Origin: Octopus sinensis
Taxonomy: Eukaryota
Length of the DNA: 64,000 nt
Direction: 5' to 3'
Assembly: GCF_006345805.1 (NCBI RefSeq)
Contig: NC_043015.1
Coordinates: forward strand, 1,922,001-1,986,000
This document shows, in pieces, positions 42,255 through 54,961 of the stretch. The notes beneath the pieces are model-generated. The model saw nothing but the letters and a program-made list of their open reading frames with translations, had not been told where the DNA came from and searched no databases. How positions within the stretch are numbered: the first letter of the stretch is position 1; the number at the start of each line of letters is the position of its first letter. Position numbers and translations under genes: made by a program.

Positions 42255-42806
42255 AAGATCTTTATAAAAAATTATCAAATAGTAAGCGCGAAAAACCTCA
42301 TAACGGAAACATTTATGATTAATCCCCATTAATATATTTATTTATATTAAGATCATTATTACACATAAATGCCTCACGTTATGAGGGATTCTTAAAGTCA
42401 AAACTACCGTAATAAATACGGTATAGCGAACGCAGGGGAATGCAACTCTTGAAGCGGACTCTTAAAAACAGATTCAGACGGAAATCATATGATTTCATAA
42501 TTAGTCTACAACATGCATTTTTTAATTGTCAGTTCATGCATAATCCAAGATACATAAAATTGAACAAGAAATAAACATACCGGACGAATACCAAATGTAT
42601 CTAGCATACTACATAGAGTTGCTTTCTCTCGCGTTCCGGACACTGTACTTATTATGGTAGTTTTGACGTTAAGAGTCCCTCATAGCGTGAGGCATTTACG
42701 TGTAGTAATGCCCTTCATATAAATATATTTAATGGGAATAATTATAAATCTTTCCTTTATGAGGTTTTCACGCTCACTATTTGATAAATTCTTATAAAGA
42801 TTTTAA
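42255..42806. mobile_element. Non-coding foldback/MITE element with ~150-bp imperfect TIRs
   Basis: Left arm AAGATCTTTATAAAAAATTATCAAATAGTAAGCGCGAAAAACCTCATAA..TTACACATAAATGCCTCACGTTATGAGGGATTCTTAAAGTCAAAACTACC is mirrored at ~42645-42806. Superfamily unknown. Confidence 0.85.
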
Positions 42807-43866
42807 CTAATTTTGATTTGAGACGAAATAGCTGTATAACTTTGAGGCTTATGACAGGAGGCAGATTTTCAAGAATAATGTCAGTTTCCGGAGGTTGTTA
42901 AACAAATATTTTTGATAAGATGCAAAATTTTATTTTACCGGTATAATTTTTAAAAGAACATGTACAAGTGATTTTGTTTGGAACGCTATACGCATTTTGG
43001 AACGCTATACGCATTTTGGAATGCTATAAACCTTACAGTAATAACAATTTAATCACTGCTATTTCTAGCAGTTGAAATATAGTTAGGATATAGTTAGGTT
43101 AACTTTAAGATTGTTTAAATTAAAGATATATCACAACGAAGATAAATTACTAAAATAAATATTTACTAAGCAAGTGAGAACTTTTTATAAATTGAAGATT
43201 TCAGGAAAATTTACTCTCTGAACTTCCTTCTATTATTGATTATTTCAAATTCACAAATTTAAATTTTCGGTACAAAATAGTTTTTAATGAGCTTTTATTG
43301 ATACGATTTTTTTCATTTCATGTTTATTTCAGTCACTGTTTGCAATGTTCTCTTTCCCTTTCTGTCTCGCACACACTGCCTTTCTAATATAAACGCACAT
43401 GTACACACTATCTGTAATGTAAACACACACACACACTAGAGATTTGATTTCTTTATTACACAAATATCACGTTAGAATTTTGCAATTCAGCATTGGGTGC
43501 CCCCAAAAATATCCTTACTGAAGAAGATTTAGCAGCAAAGTCACAACGGCAGAGAAAAACGGACAACTGAATCAGATGAAACAACTTGTTACAACTTACT
43601 GAAGTTTCGAACTCGTGCAACTTATTTGCTTTCCGTCGTTATTAAATTTATCAAGGGAATTTGTTTCTATGGTTATTTGATAAATAAAGTATTAAAATAT
43701 CACTGTGATCGCTGTGATTTTTGTGAAGTGTATGAACTGCAAAGGGAGATATGTAGAAAAAATGAATCTCATTTGGTCATAATCCGTGAGAGTATCTTAG
43801 TTAGCTTATGAACTTTTTAGCCGACACTCGTAGTTGAGAGAAGAAAACATAAATTAGATTATACGC

Positions 43867-44224
43867 TTACTCTTTACTTGTTTCAGTTATTTGACAGCGG
43901 TAATGATGGAGTACCGCCTTTAGTCGAGTGAATCGAACCCAGGACTTATTGCTTGTAAGCCTAGTACTTATTCTATCGATAACTTTTACGGAACCACTTA
44001 GTTACGGGGATGTAAGCACAGACACACAAACATACACACACACACACACACATATACTCACGCATGCACACACACATACATATATATGACGGTTTTGTTT
44101 CAGTTTGCGTCTAACAAATTCACCCACAAGGCTTTGGTCAGCCTGAGGTTATACTAGAAGACACTTGCGCAAGATCCAAGAGGTTTGTAAGTAACCTACT
44201 TACCACACAGACACTCCTACACCT
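43867..44224 (-). mobile_element. SINE family B, degenerate, with internal deletion
   Basis: Colinear with 21748-22182. Confidence 0.85.
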
Positions 44225-44356
44225 GTATGCATATGTATATGTTTTAAGAATACATGTTGTTTTCAGTCTTTTGAGTATGCCGCCTATTCTATTTGGCATT
44301 AAAGTAAGACTAATGATGAATGGTCATATTGCAGTATAAATTGAATCCGTACCATA

Positions 44357-44746
44357 TCTTTATATATAAAAGAAAGGTTGTGTGTCTGTCTACTCCGATT
44401 TTGATTCCTAACTACTCCCACATTTTGCGGTGCAGTTTAACCAAAACCGGGTATCTTATAGTCGTGATTCATATCGAGCCCTTCTGGGTATTACCGCGCG
44501 TCTACGGTGAGTCTACGATTTAAAACATAATTTACCATCATTTTGTTCCATTTTAATGCATATTTTTTTAAAGGGAAGTAACTCTCTAAAAATGTCTACG
44601 ATGAGTCAACGATTTAAAAAAAAAATTACCGTCATATTTTTTCTATTTTTAATGCATTTTTTTGCTATTTTTTGGTTATAACTCTCTAAAAATGCTTTAT
44701 AGTTATTTCCCTTAAAAACCCGAGCAACGCCGGGCGATACTGCTAG
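44357..44746 (+). mobile_element. Non-autonomous Helitron
   Basis: Starts TC after A (44356). 3' hairpin CCCGAGCAACGCCGGG at 44719-44734; ends CTAG (44743-44746) before T; no TSD. Internal diverged tandem duplication of ~95 bp. Confidence 0.9.
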
Positions 44747-44901
44747 TATTAAATAAATTTATTCAGGAATATGTAGCCTGTAATCCGCGGAAAATTTAAC
44801 AAAACTAAACCATAAATATAGTTGCTGGACGGAAGAAATCACGTGATATCTTGCTGCAGAGGTAAGAAATGAAACTGGTGTGGAATTTCAATATGGATAA
44901 T

Positions 44902-45290
44902 GTGGAAGCACTCCGTCGGTTACGACGATGAGGGTTCCGGTTTATCCGAATCAACGGAACAGCCTGCTCGTGAAATTAACGTGTAAGTGGCTGAGCACTC
45001 CACAGACACGTGCACCCCTCACGTAGTTCTCGGGGATATTCAGCGTGACACAGAGAATGACAAGGCCGGCCCCTTGAAATATAGGTACAACAGAAACAGG
45101 AAGTAAGAGTGAGAGAAAGTTGTGGTGAAAGAGTACAGCTGGGATCACCACCATCCCCTGCCGGAGCCTCGTGGAGCTTTTTAGGTGTTTTCGCTCAATA
45201 AACACTCACAACGCCCGGTCTGAGAATCGAAACCGCGATCCTACGACCGCGAGTCCAATGCCCTAACCACTGGGCCATTGCGCCTCCACG
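44902..45290 (-). mobile_element. Full-length tRNA-derived SINE family D with 12-bp TSD
   Basis: TSD AATATGGATAAT at 44890-44901 and 45291-45302. Confidence 0.95.
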
Positions 45291-46140
45291 AATATGGATA
45301 ATATCAAGGTAGGAACAACACTGACAAACTCAACTAAAAATTACAAGATTGCAGCCAGTAAACGAACTCACGGAAACTCGTTAGGTTAGAAACTGTAGAT
45401 ATAAAAACCAAACGCCTTCAACGAGTAAAGATAAAGAAGAAAAATTTCGAGGACTCTAAATATAAAGTAATGATTTCCGAAATGGACAGACTAACAACAT
45501 TTGCATAGCAACATATTAATGAAATGATATCAATGTATTCACATGAATTCTACTGAAACTATCAATGAACAGTAAATAAAAAAAAAAATGCACTGTTTTA
45601 GTAATGGGGAGCAAAGCTTAGAGAAACAGGATGTAATTATCTAATCAACAAGCAGAAACAGAACAAGTGCTGCAGTAGCCTGCGGCAAAAGAAATATAGA
45701 TGAAGAATTTAAGAAGAAAATGCTTCGAAAGAAAACTAAGTCATCATGAAGGCAATAAGAAGTGATGTTGAGCTGCGGAAAATAAAACATCCGCTAAAGT
45801 GTCAAATAAAATTTCGACAATCATAGAAGACGCCTGAAACAAGAATACACAACTTCAGGGACCAATGAATGATGACAACAGCATAAGTCATATACACAAT
45901 ATTTCCACAGAGTATATTGAGAGAAAGCCGATTGAATGAGGTCAGCTTTGACTTGACGAACGCATATTTGAATCCGGATTTGCGAGAAACAACAATCGTA
46001 TACAGAGCAGAATTCAAACAGCATGCTATTAGAAGTACTTAACTTTTCGTTTCTCGATAGCTGTAATATTTGAATAGTTTAGAAATGTGTGCAACAAGTC
46101 GTTAGTATTTCCTGATAACGAAATAGCGGCCATGTCTTCC

Positions 46141-46216
<76 letters not shown>

Positions 46217-46235
46217 GGGAGTATAACTACAATCT

Positions 46236-46496
46236 TTCAGGGAAAAATTCTATTTAGTATTCAATCAAATTTCACAATATAAATATATAATATATATAAA
46301 TTAGAGAAAAAACAAAATTCGAATTGAAGCTATAGCTACGAAACGTACGTAATCTTTTTTATTATATACTGTTTATTTTTATTATGAACTTTTTGTGATC
46401 TAGATATATGTTTTATCATATATTTTCTTCTATATGATATGGTTTATGGCTATCATTGATTGAATTAAATAAATAGTGGTTTTTCTCTAATTTATA
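46236..46496. mobile_element. AT-rich inverted-repeat element embedded in TA arrays
   Basis: TATAAATTAGAGAAAAAAC (46295-46313) is inverted at 46479-46496; GAAACGTA at 46340-46347. Confidence 0.5.
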
Positions 46497-46531
46497 AATA
46501 TTATATTATATTATATTATATATTTATATAC

Positions 46532-46562
<31 letters not shown>

Positions 46563-47304
46563 GCGTGTATGTGTGTGTGTGTGTATGTGTACGTGTGTGT
46601 GCGTGTGTGTGTGTGTGTGTATTTCAAAGCAATATCAGACGCAGGCTACTGTAGATTGTCAGAAATGAACCAATTTTAACAGCTTCAATTCATACTCGAC
46701 TTAAACAATGACAGCCAAGTGTTTCTATGAATCTAGGCAGAGAAACAATATTGTAACCGGAATTTTCAATCGTTGTTGCTGGGTGCATTTTATATGTTGC
46801 ATGATGATTTTTCATACATTAAAGAAAAACGTAAATGTATGAAAAAATATGCATCTTCTGAGAAAAAAATTCAAACGTAGATTACGTGAATCAGAAAGAC
46901 AAGCGACGTGGCTATATAATACATTTTATAACATCCAGGTGTCATGTTAAAAGGTAGAGTCACTTTAAAAGGTAGTTTAACGTAGTTTAATAAAGCGTCC
47001 ATATATGTAGAGACAAGAATAGCACCTGAGGAAACTGAGTTCTAGACCTAGTTTCCTGGCAATTAGTCCGCAGGTATGACAATGCCGTTAATGAAGTTTG
47101 TTTCACAAATTTATTCACGTGTTAATCGGACACACAGACAAACCCACCAAACTATATACACATCAAAACATTTATGTAACTCACTAACTACCTGCCAATT
47201 TAAATGCCAACCTACCAACCGACCTACATACTTGTGTATCTATTTACCTTCGTACCTACCAGTCCGTCTATATCTCTCCATAGCCACCTTATCTAGTTAG
47301 CATA

Positions 47305-47399
<95 letters not shown>

Positions 47400-47426
47400 G
47401 TGTATGTATGTATGCATGTACGTATT

Positions 47427-47480
<54 letters not shown>
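47305..47480. repeat. (TATC)n followed by (TA)n
   Basis: Direct reading. Confidence 0.95.
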
Positions 47481-47487
<7 letters not shown>

Positions 47488-50400
47488 TAAGGAGGCTGTT
47501 TTCAAGTTTGTGCTTGTGCGTAAGCGCCTATATGTATGCAGTTGTGATTTGGTGTGACTTCGTATTTCACTATAATAACGGGGAATGATTTATTTGCCAA
47601 TGTCAGAATAGAAATCCTGCTTCCTTTTCTTCTATTGAAATTAATTGTAATGTATTCGTTTGTTAAATCCTTTGCGATATTTGCTTTGGTCTATGTTACA
47701 TTCGCTTCTTTGCTTTTACCGCGATCTGAATGAAACGAGCGAGTCGACTTGTCACTAACACAAAATGATATTCTCTATCGCTCATCGTTTGATATATAAC
47801 GAAATAAATCATGACATTGTGCAATCTATTCTATAAATAGATAAATATAAATACACAGCAATGTATTCTTAAGAAGGGAAAGAAGATAGGAGCAAATCGT
47901 GCTGCACAAAGCAGCTCAAGGAAGCAGTATGATTAGTAAACCTTTTTCACGCAGTGATTTATATTTCTACTTTACCTAGAGTAATTTATATTGACCTCTA
48001 CAAGGTTATATAAATAATGCCATAAGAAAGAACTTAATATATTTGGAATAATGTTCTTGTCTGCGGTTCCTATAATCACAACTATTTGGCCTGTGTAATC
48101 TCCGTTCATTTTCAGGTAATTAACATATTCGGTAAAGTCCTTCAATTTTCAACAGAACCAGCACTTAAATCCATTAGTGTAGTTTATTGTCACTCCGTTG
48201 CCCGTAATATTATATTCTCATATAAGTCGACCATCTAATTTTAATGTGGTTTCTCTGCCCCACTTTAACCAGAGTGTATGAAAATTTATTAAATGACTGA
48301 AGAAACACCCCGGTAAAATCTCTAATTAATACTGCATATGCTGACGTAAAGGTCATGCATTTCTATTCTGAAAATTAGGACCAATGTGCCATTCTTATAG
48401 TAGTGTACCGGCAGTATGACTATATGACGAAACAGTTTAAATTTATTTTATAAGCAAAATATACATTTTTTGACAAAATAGTAGGGGTTTCTGTTATGCG
48501 ACATGGTCTTTGACACACAGAAATACAGTAATATCAACTGTATTGTCTCATGCAGTGTGATTTAAAAGGAAATTAGCAACAAATACGACTTGCACATAAA
48601 ATTTTATTTACATAATGATCCGAAAGCCTTGGTCTGGCCTTTCGAGTTTCACATGACATCGAAATATTAAGCAAAACGTAACTTCTAGTTTCTTCTTCAT
48701 TTCCTCATCTGCTGGCTGCACATTTATACTGTGAGAGAACATCAACTTTCATGATTCAGAGACACTCTTGTTAGCTACTGAATACATCTTGCTAGGTGTT
48801 TAGTAGCTAAATCAAACGTTTAGATAGATGTGGATCTCGTGATTTCAGTAAGTTTATTCTTAGTAACTCTAAGAAATTTTAGTCCATTTTGTAGATTATT
48901 TGGAAAGACGTAAAACAACGAAGTGAACAACTATTGGGGAGAAAAATAACAATTTCCATGAATCCTTAAATTTTAGTAATCATATGTAACATAAATAAAT
49001 TATAGATGTAAGTACCGGCAGCAGTAACGCGGATTCTCAGGATAGAAACTAATAGAAGTGGACGGTGCACTTTTGATAATATAAATCGTATTTTATATGC
49101 GAAACCATTGTCGAGAAACGCTGGGTAAAATTTTCTATTGATAATGATGATGCAAGAACTCGAGAAGACACGCTTTAAGAAAACTGCACCGAACCCCATC
49201 GGGAAAAAATATATATGTATATATATATAAATCTGATTTAGGAAACGAATTCATGACGCTGGAGTTTGAGGTATTCCTCTTTAATTTATAGAACATTAAC
49301 ATATAGATATCTAATCAACACAGAACTGTGAAGAGCAGGAAAAAGTTACTTTATATCCTCGTTTTATTGTGCAATTACATACGTAATCTCTCCTTTGGTA
49401 CCTGGACGCTTCGCAGGATTATGGGTTACTATTACACGGGTTTCGTGTTCAGCCGATCACTATATTCAGAAGCTGTGATGCGTCATCTTATTTGTATAAT
49501 TCGGGAGTGTCTGCTCAATCTGTTTGGTCGTGATACGTGATATTCTTCGTTTGTGTCCCACGTATCATGTTTTCTTTTCGAAACATCTGGCTAGGATAAC
49601 GAATCGTGTTGGTCGATAACAAGCCACATGATCACAGCAGATGAAGGAGTATCTCGCTAAGATCGTGACATGCTCGGTCGTTGTACACAGGTTTGACAAG
49701 GAAGACCCGAGAAAATAACGGTGTATGTCTCCATATCTGACCCTACCTTAATTGGATTCAAATGTTAGACACTCAAACTAACTGATAAATTCTCATCGAA
49801 ACACTGCAACTCGTCTACAGTTTATTATAGGACTACAATGATAGTCGGCACTATTTTCTTGCAAAACAGATACATTCAGACAATAGATTCATTCATCAAC
49901 CTTATCGTGTCTCAGTAGATCCTAATTCCAGCAATTAACCTTAGGTCGGAATTCTATTTAGCTGAAAGTTAACCCATCTGAATTCGATTACCGAACACGA
50001 TCTTCGTGAAGGCGTTGGCTTAAAGAATTTGGAGTTCAATATATCAACTGTATCAGTCTCATGACTCACAAAGAAACTGCAAAATCTATCGATACGTCAC
50101 ATGTCTTTTTTTACTAAATCGTTGAAACTGATATGAACAAATATATCGCACTTAAACTCATAGACAAATATTGATATATTTCCAGATGGAAATAAAAAAT
50201 GAAAATATCGATGCCCCCCTGGAACAAAGTCTATATCGATAAAATGACAAACAGACAAACAAATGATATTTATTATCTATAAATATATAATATCGATGGA
50301 TATTATTCATGTTATTTTTCATTTGGAAAATAAATGTTCTATTTTTTTTCAGATCTAACGTATTTGATGTGTCTGATATAAGCTAAATAGATAGCTAAAA

Positions 50401-51430
50401 GAAGATAAATGGATTTCTGGAATATAAGCATATTGAAGCATAGAGATAATTGTGAAACGCAGAAAAAGTGTGAGGATTAATATGAAAAGCGAAGCAAGTT
50501 TGATACGGATTTATTTTCTTCAAAATTTCTCGAAAGAAAAATATAAATGAAAGAATTTGGAAAGCTGCAGAAGAAAAACCTAAATCTAAAATCATTACGT
50601 TTTAGCAATCTGATTCCTATCGCCATTTTAGATGTCTGGGAAGAAAGGTTACACTGTAGGATATTAATGATATTTTCATTGCTGGTGACCTCTCCAAGAA
50701 CATTTCTTCTTACTCTTTTCCCCCTTTCTTTCAAAGGCAAAATTGTTAAAACATGTTTCAGTTAAATATCAGATTCGGCAAATAATAAATGAGAAACACA
50801 ACACGTAAAGTTATGTGAAGTTTATTGCAAATATTTGCAAAATACTCTCAAATAACAAAACCGAACAACTTTAACTACAAACAACAAAAAGTACAAGGAG
50901 AAAACACGCAGCAGCAAGGGCAATTACAATGATGTAAGGAATGAAAGAATTTCTAAAAGAATAACAGACTGGAATTAAAATTAACAAATAAATATTTGGA
51001 GAGTAGAAAATGTTATGTAAAATCAATTAATATACGAAAGCATTTCGTTTTACGTAATACGGAAAGCAGGAAAGAAAAATTAAACAAAATGGCGAACATA
51101 TCAAATTATTTCGAAACTGAGGCAAATAAAAATAAAGAAAACACACAAAAATTTCTTTCTAAGTTATTGCGACTATTGATACCATCTATGTATGCGTGTA
51201 ACATTCTGTACTTCTCGCTCAGTCATCATGTCTGTCCGTGTGTCTGTCTGTCCGTCTGTCTGTCACTTTCTATCTCTCTCTGTATCTCTGTCTCTCTGTC
51301 TCTCTCCTTCTCTTTCTCTCACTCACTCTAAATCAGGCACACGCTATCTTTGTTTGTTTCATTCTGTCTGCATATATCAACACATGCGCATGTGTGAGGG
51401 CAATAGATATGAAAGCAAGCATATGTCGGC

Positions 51431-51469
<39 letters not shown>

Positions 51470-51730
51470 CATGGTTGGATTTTATGTATAAAGTTTTCAC
51501 ACAAATACATTCACACATACAATCTTATACATACGTGTCTGTACACATTCACACGCATACGGTCGAGTTTTGTTTATATACCTGCCGCTATGTGACTAAG
51601 TGTATGAGTTCTGTTTTTTTTTGTTTGATTGCCTATATGACTCAATAACAAAATATTGGCAAGTGATGTGTATAGAGGTCAAGTACTTAGGTAACTATAT
51701 ATATTGTGTCATAGTGCAGTCAGATTTTGA

Positions 51731-52039
51731 AGGCGCATGACTCAGTGGTTAGAGCGTCGAGCTTACGATCGTGAGGTTGTGAGTTCAATTCCCGGACTGG
51801 GCAGTGTGTTGTGTTCTTCATCAAGACACCTTATTTCAAGTTGCTCAATTTAACTCAGCTGTAGAAATGAGTTGCGACATAACTGGTGCCAAGCTGTATC
51901 GGCGTTCGCCTTTCCCTTGGATAACATCAGGGGTGTGGAGAGGAAAGGCTTGTATGCATGGGCGACGGCTGGCCTTCCTTGCCCGGATTTGTACCTCGGA
52001 GGCTATCCCATAGACATTCATGACTGAAGGGGGTCTCCC
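51731..52039 (+). mobile_element. tRNA-derived SINE family E
   Basis: A-box TGACTCAGTGG and B-box GAGTTCAATTCC, then TGTGTTCTTCATCAAGACACCTTATTTC..ACTCAGCTGTAGAAATGAGT central domain. No acceptor stem, so not a tRNA gene. Confidence 0.8.
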
Positions 52040-52551
52040 ATTGCAGCCGGATTAAACATTATACGCTGCTTTACCAGTTATATATCTGCAGCTTATATGT
52101 AAACAATCAATACGGCTTTTTTAGGATGCATATAGAAACAATTGTTTGTGAAGGATACATGAGTAAAGGACTCTGAGATATGTGCATTTTTCTTGTGCGT
52201 GTCCCTGTGTGTACCTGTATGCATGCCAACTGAAGAAAAAAAAACACATGAACAATGATCCACTTGATGTCCATGGGTACTACGAACTGCACTGTAATTA
52301 TCCCAGGAATATGGTCTATGATCGTAAGAAATACGTGATGTGTGGAAACGCGCGCACTGATGCATTGAAGTATTTATGATTGTTATCCATTGATTATCAT
52401 TTTTATAATCCTATATTTATCCTGTATTATACCGGTGTGGCTCTGTACAACCTAACTGCGAGTTGGTACCATTAGGCTGCAGCCAGCATAATAAAATCGG
52501 ACCTTGTATATGCATACACAAGAGTACTTCCCATAAACAAACTCAAAGAAC

Positions 52552-52584
<33 letters not shown>

Positions 52585-53653
52585 ATATATATGCATACCT
52601 GTAGTTGTATATATCTGCCATCGTTAATCACCAATTCAATCATTACTAATCTGAGAGAGTAAGTTCAGTTGTGAGTCATGTTGCATGTATTAGGAATTGA
52701 TGTGCGACAACACGGATTGGCGGCCAGCCATGTATTGTGATTCAATTGGTCGCCCCAGCGACCAATTACAATGCTCAGGTTCCCAGGATGCCCTCGTGGT
52801 TACATCACCGTACTTTGAATCTAGATATTTTTATACAAGTTTGTGTTCATGCAGTCATCAGCATGACACAAGTATTCATAAAATATACGTCATATGTTAT
52901 TTAATTTTTCTGTAAGTATAGTTCCAAACATAAAACAATATTGTTAGGTGTGTTTCAAACCTGTTGAAAATGTTATTTTTGTAAGTTAGTGAGACGAATA
53001 GAGGTCTCGGGAAAAACTGATTTTCCACATATATTGCCTTTTTCATACTTCGTTTTGGTATTTAATATGCTAGATTCATGAAGCGCAGCTTGTTGTAATT
53101 TGAGAGGGCCATTACACAAATAATAACAAACACACGCACTGATTCCGTTTCACCTCTCATACAAACAATTCATTGGTTCCTTAACCAACAAATTATAAAA
53201 ATAAAAATAAAAACGTTCCGTTAGTTGGCTGGTTAGATAAATAACCATTTCACTTACAATAAAGGAGAGAAGCTGAGCCAGAGTTTGCGTCTATTAATCC
53301 CTAAATAAATGAAAAAGTGGATATTTATCTACATTTCTCTTTAAGCAGTCACCGCAATCGAAAGCGTCCCGCTTCACCTGGTGTATTAACCTAACCACTA
53401 TTTCCCTCCTTCAGTTTTTTCCCTCTTCGACTAATTTACCATTCATTCTCCCGCTGATTGTCCCTCTCACTCTCCCTCTTTCTTTCTCTCATTCTCTCTG
53501 TTGTCATAATACCCTTCTTTCAATATGCCAATCTGTGTTTATTGTTATTTTTTCACTGACGTATTATTGACATTGTAAACACACTTGTTTTATCGCTTTA
53601 TATTACATGATTCTCAACCACGCGTTTCTGCTACGCATACATACATATATATA

Positions 53654-53707
<54 letters not shown>

Positions 53708-54961
53708 GTGTGAGTTTATGCATGTATTTATATATGTATATAAGTTGCTATGTATGTGTGTATGTATGTTTATTTGGGTGTATGGGAACATTTCTTAGTC
53801 TAGAGTCTAGACTATGTTGATGTGTCCTAGCTTAATCTTATTTTGGCTTATTAAAATTCACGTATGTGTCTCATATATTTTGATTAGAACAGTAAAATAG
53901 CTAATTACATTTCCTCCACGTTTCTCCCTCAAGACTGGAAGCAACCGATACTCACTTCTCTACGGCCTCTTCAACCGTAGGCGGCATTTAATTATCAAGC
54001 TATGCTGACAACTTTCACCTTTGGAATTCCACTTTGTCAGTCATATAATTTATGATACTTGACTAAGACCTGTCACATCATAAAACGTCAAAAACACATT
54101 GTTAAACGAAAACAAAACTAATATTGACTTATTACTTAAACTCGCCATGTAATCCTATTCTATTTACAGATAAAATAGTTAATTCCTGAAATTCATGAAG
54201 GTGGGGGAAATATCAGTAGGAATATGATAGACAGGTGCACTAATCCTGCATAAAGCCAACATGAGTTTCATTTTCGCGTATAAACATTTGTATGTATGCT
54301 TATATATATATATATATATATAATATATATATATATAGATCAATAAATGGTAGGGTTGTGTTGACCGCACGTGGAGAAATGATAAACAAGGAAAAATTGT
54401 AAAAATGCAGAATGCTAAATTGAAAGAAAATTTAAATGAATATGGGTGTACCGAAAAAGTTTTTGAAAAATTGAATTAATATATATATATATTAATTCAA
54501 ACCGGTTTTCGTCATAATGTGACTATTCAAGAATTGTAAAGTGAGAAAGGGGAAAAAAGAAAATTACATTGTTTTTTGCAAAAAAAAAAATAATAAATAT
54601 GTACAAAAATAAAGAAATAAGTACTCCGATACATTGTGAAGTCTTTGTGTATCTTGAGTTTAATGATTGTTCACGAAAAAATTACCTTGAAGTATTAGGA
54701 TCCAATGGAATTAAAGCCATGTGTTGTTTAGTTTAATTAAGGGTGTTGGCAAAACAGGAAGTAGTAGTAATTGTAGTTCTTCAGTTCCTGTGTTGTGGAT
54801 AAGGGGAGACAATTCTATGGGTTTTGAGCTCTTCAATTTGTGTTTATCAATTTTTTGTGATAAAGGGTGTTAATAAACCTTAAATTATAAACTTATCATT
54901 TTAGCTTCATTTGCATTATCTTTTTTTATATAATTGTTTGCTAATATATATGTACATTCTC

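Noticed and set aside
45780-46030. Possible highly eroded RT segment
   Set aside because: Motifs too degraded to support a call.
48100-48121. Recursive-splice-like TTTTCAG|GTAAT motif; similar at ~5980-5995
   Set aside because: Expected by chance in AT-rich DNA and no host intron is established.
49010-49045. Faint likeness to the SSU rRNA GTGCCAGCAGCCGCGG motif
   Set aside because: Match is short and poor, and the flanks show no rRNA similarity.
51731-51805. tRNA-like sequence; also the heads at 14355, 34414, 45289 and 63914
   Set aside because: No acceptor stem, and each continues into a SINE body, so these are SINE heads rather than tRNA genes.
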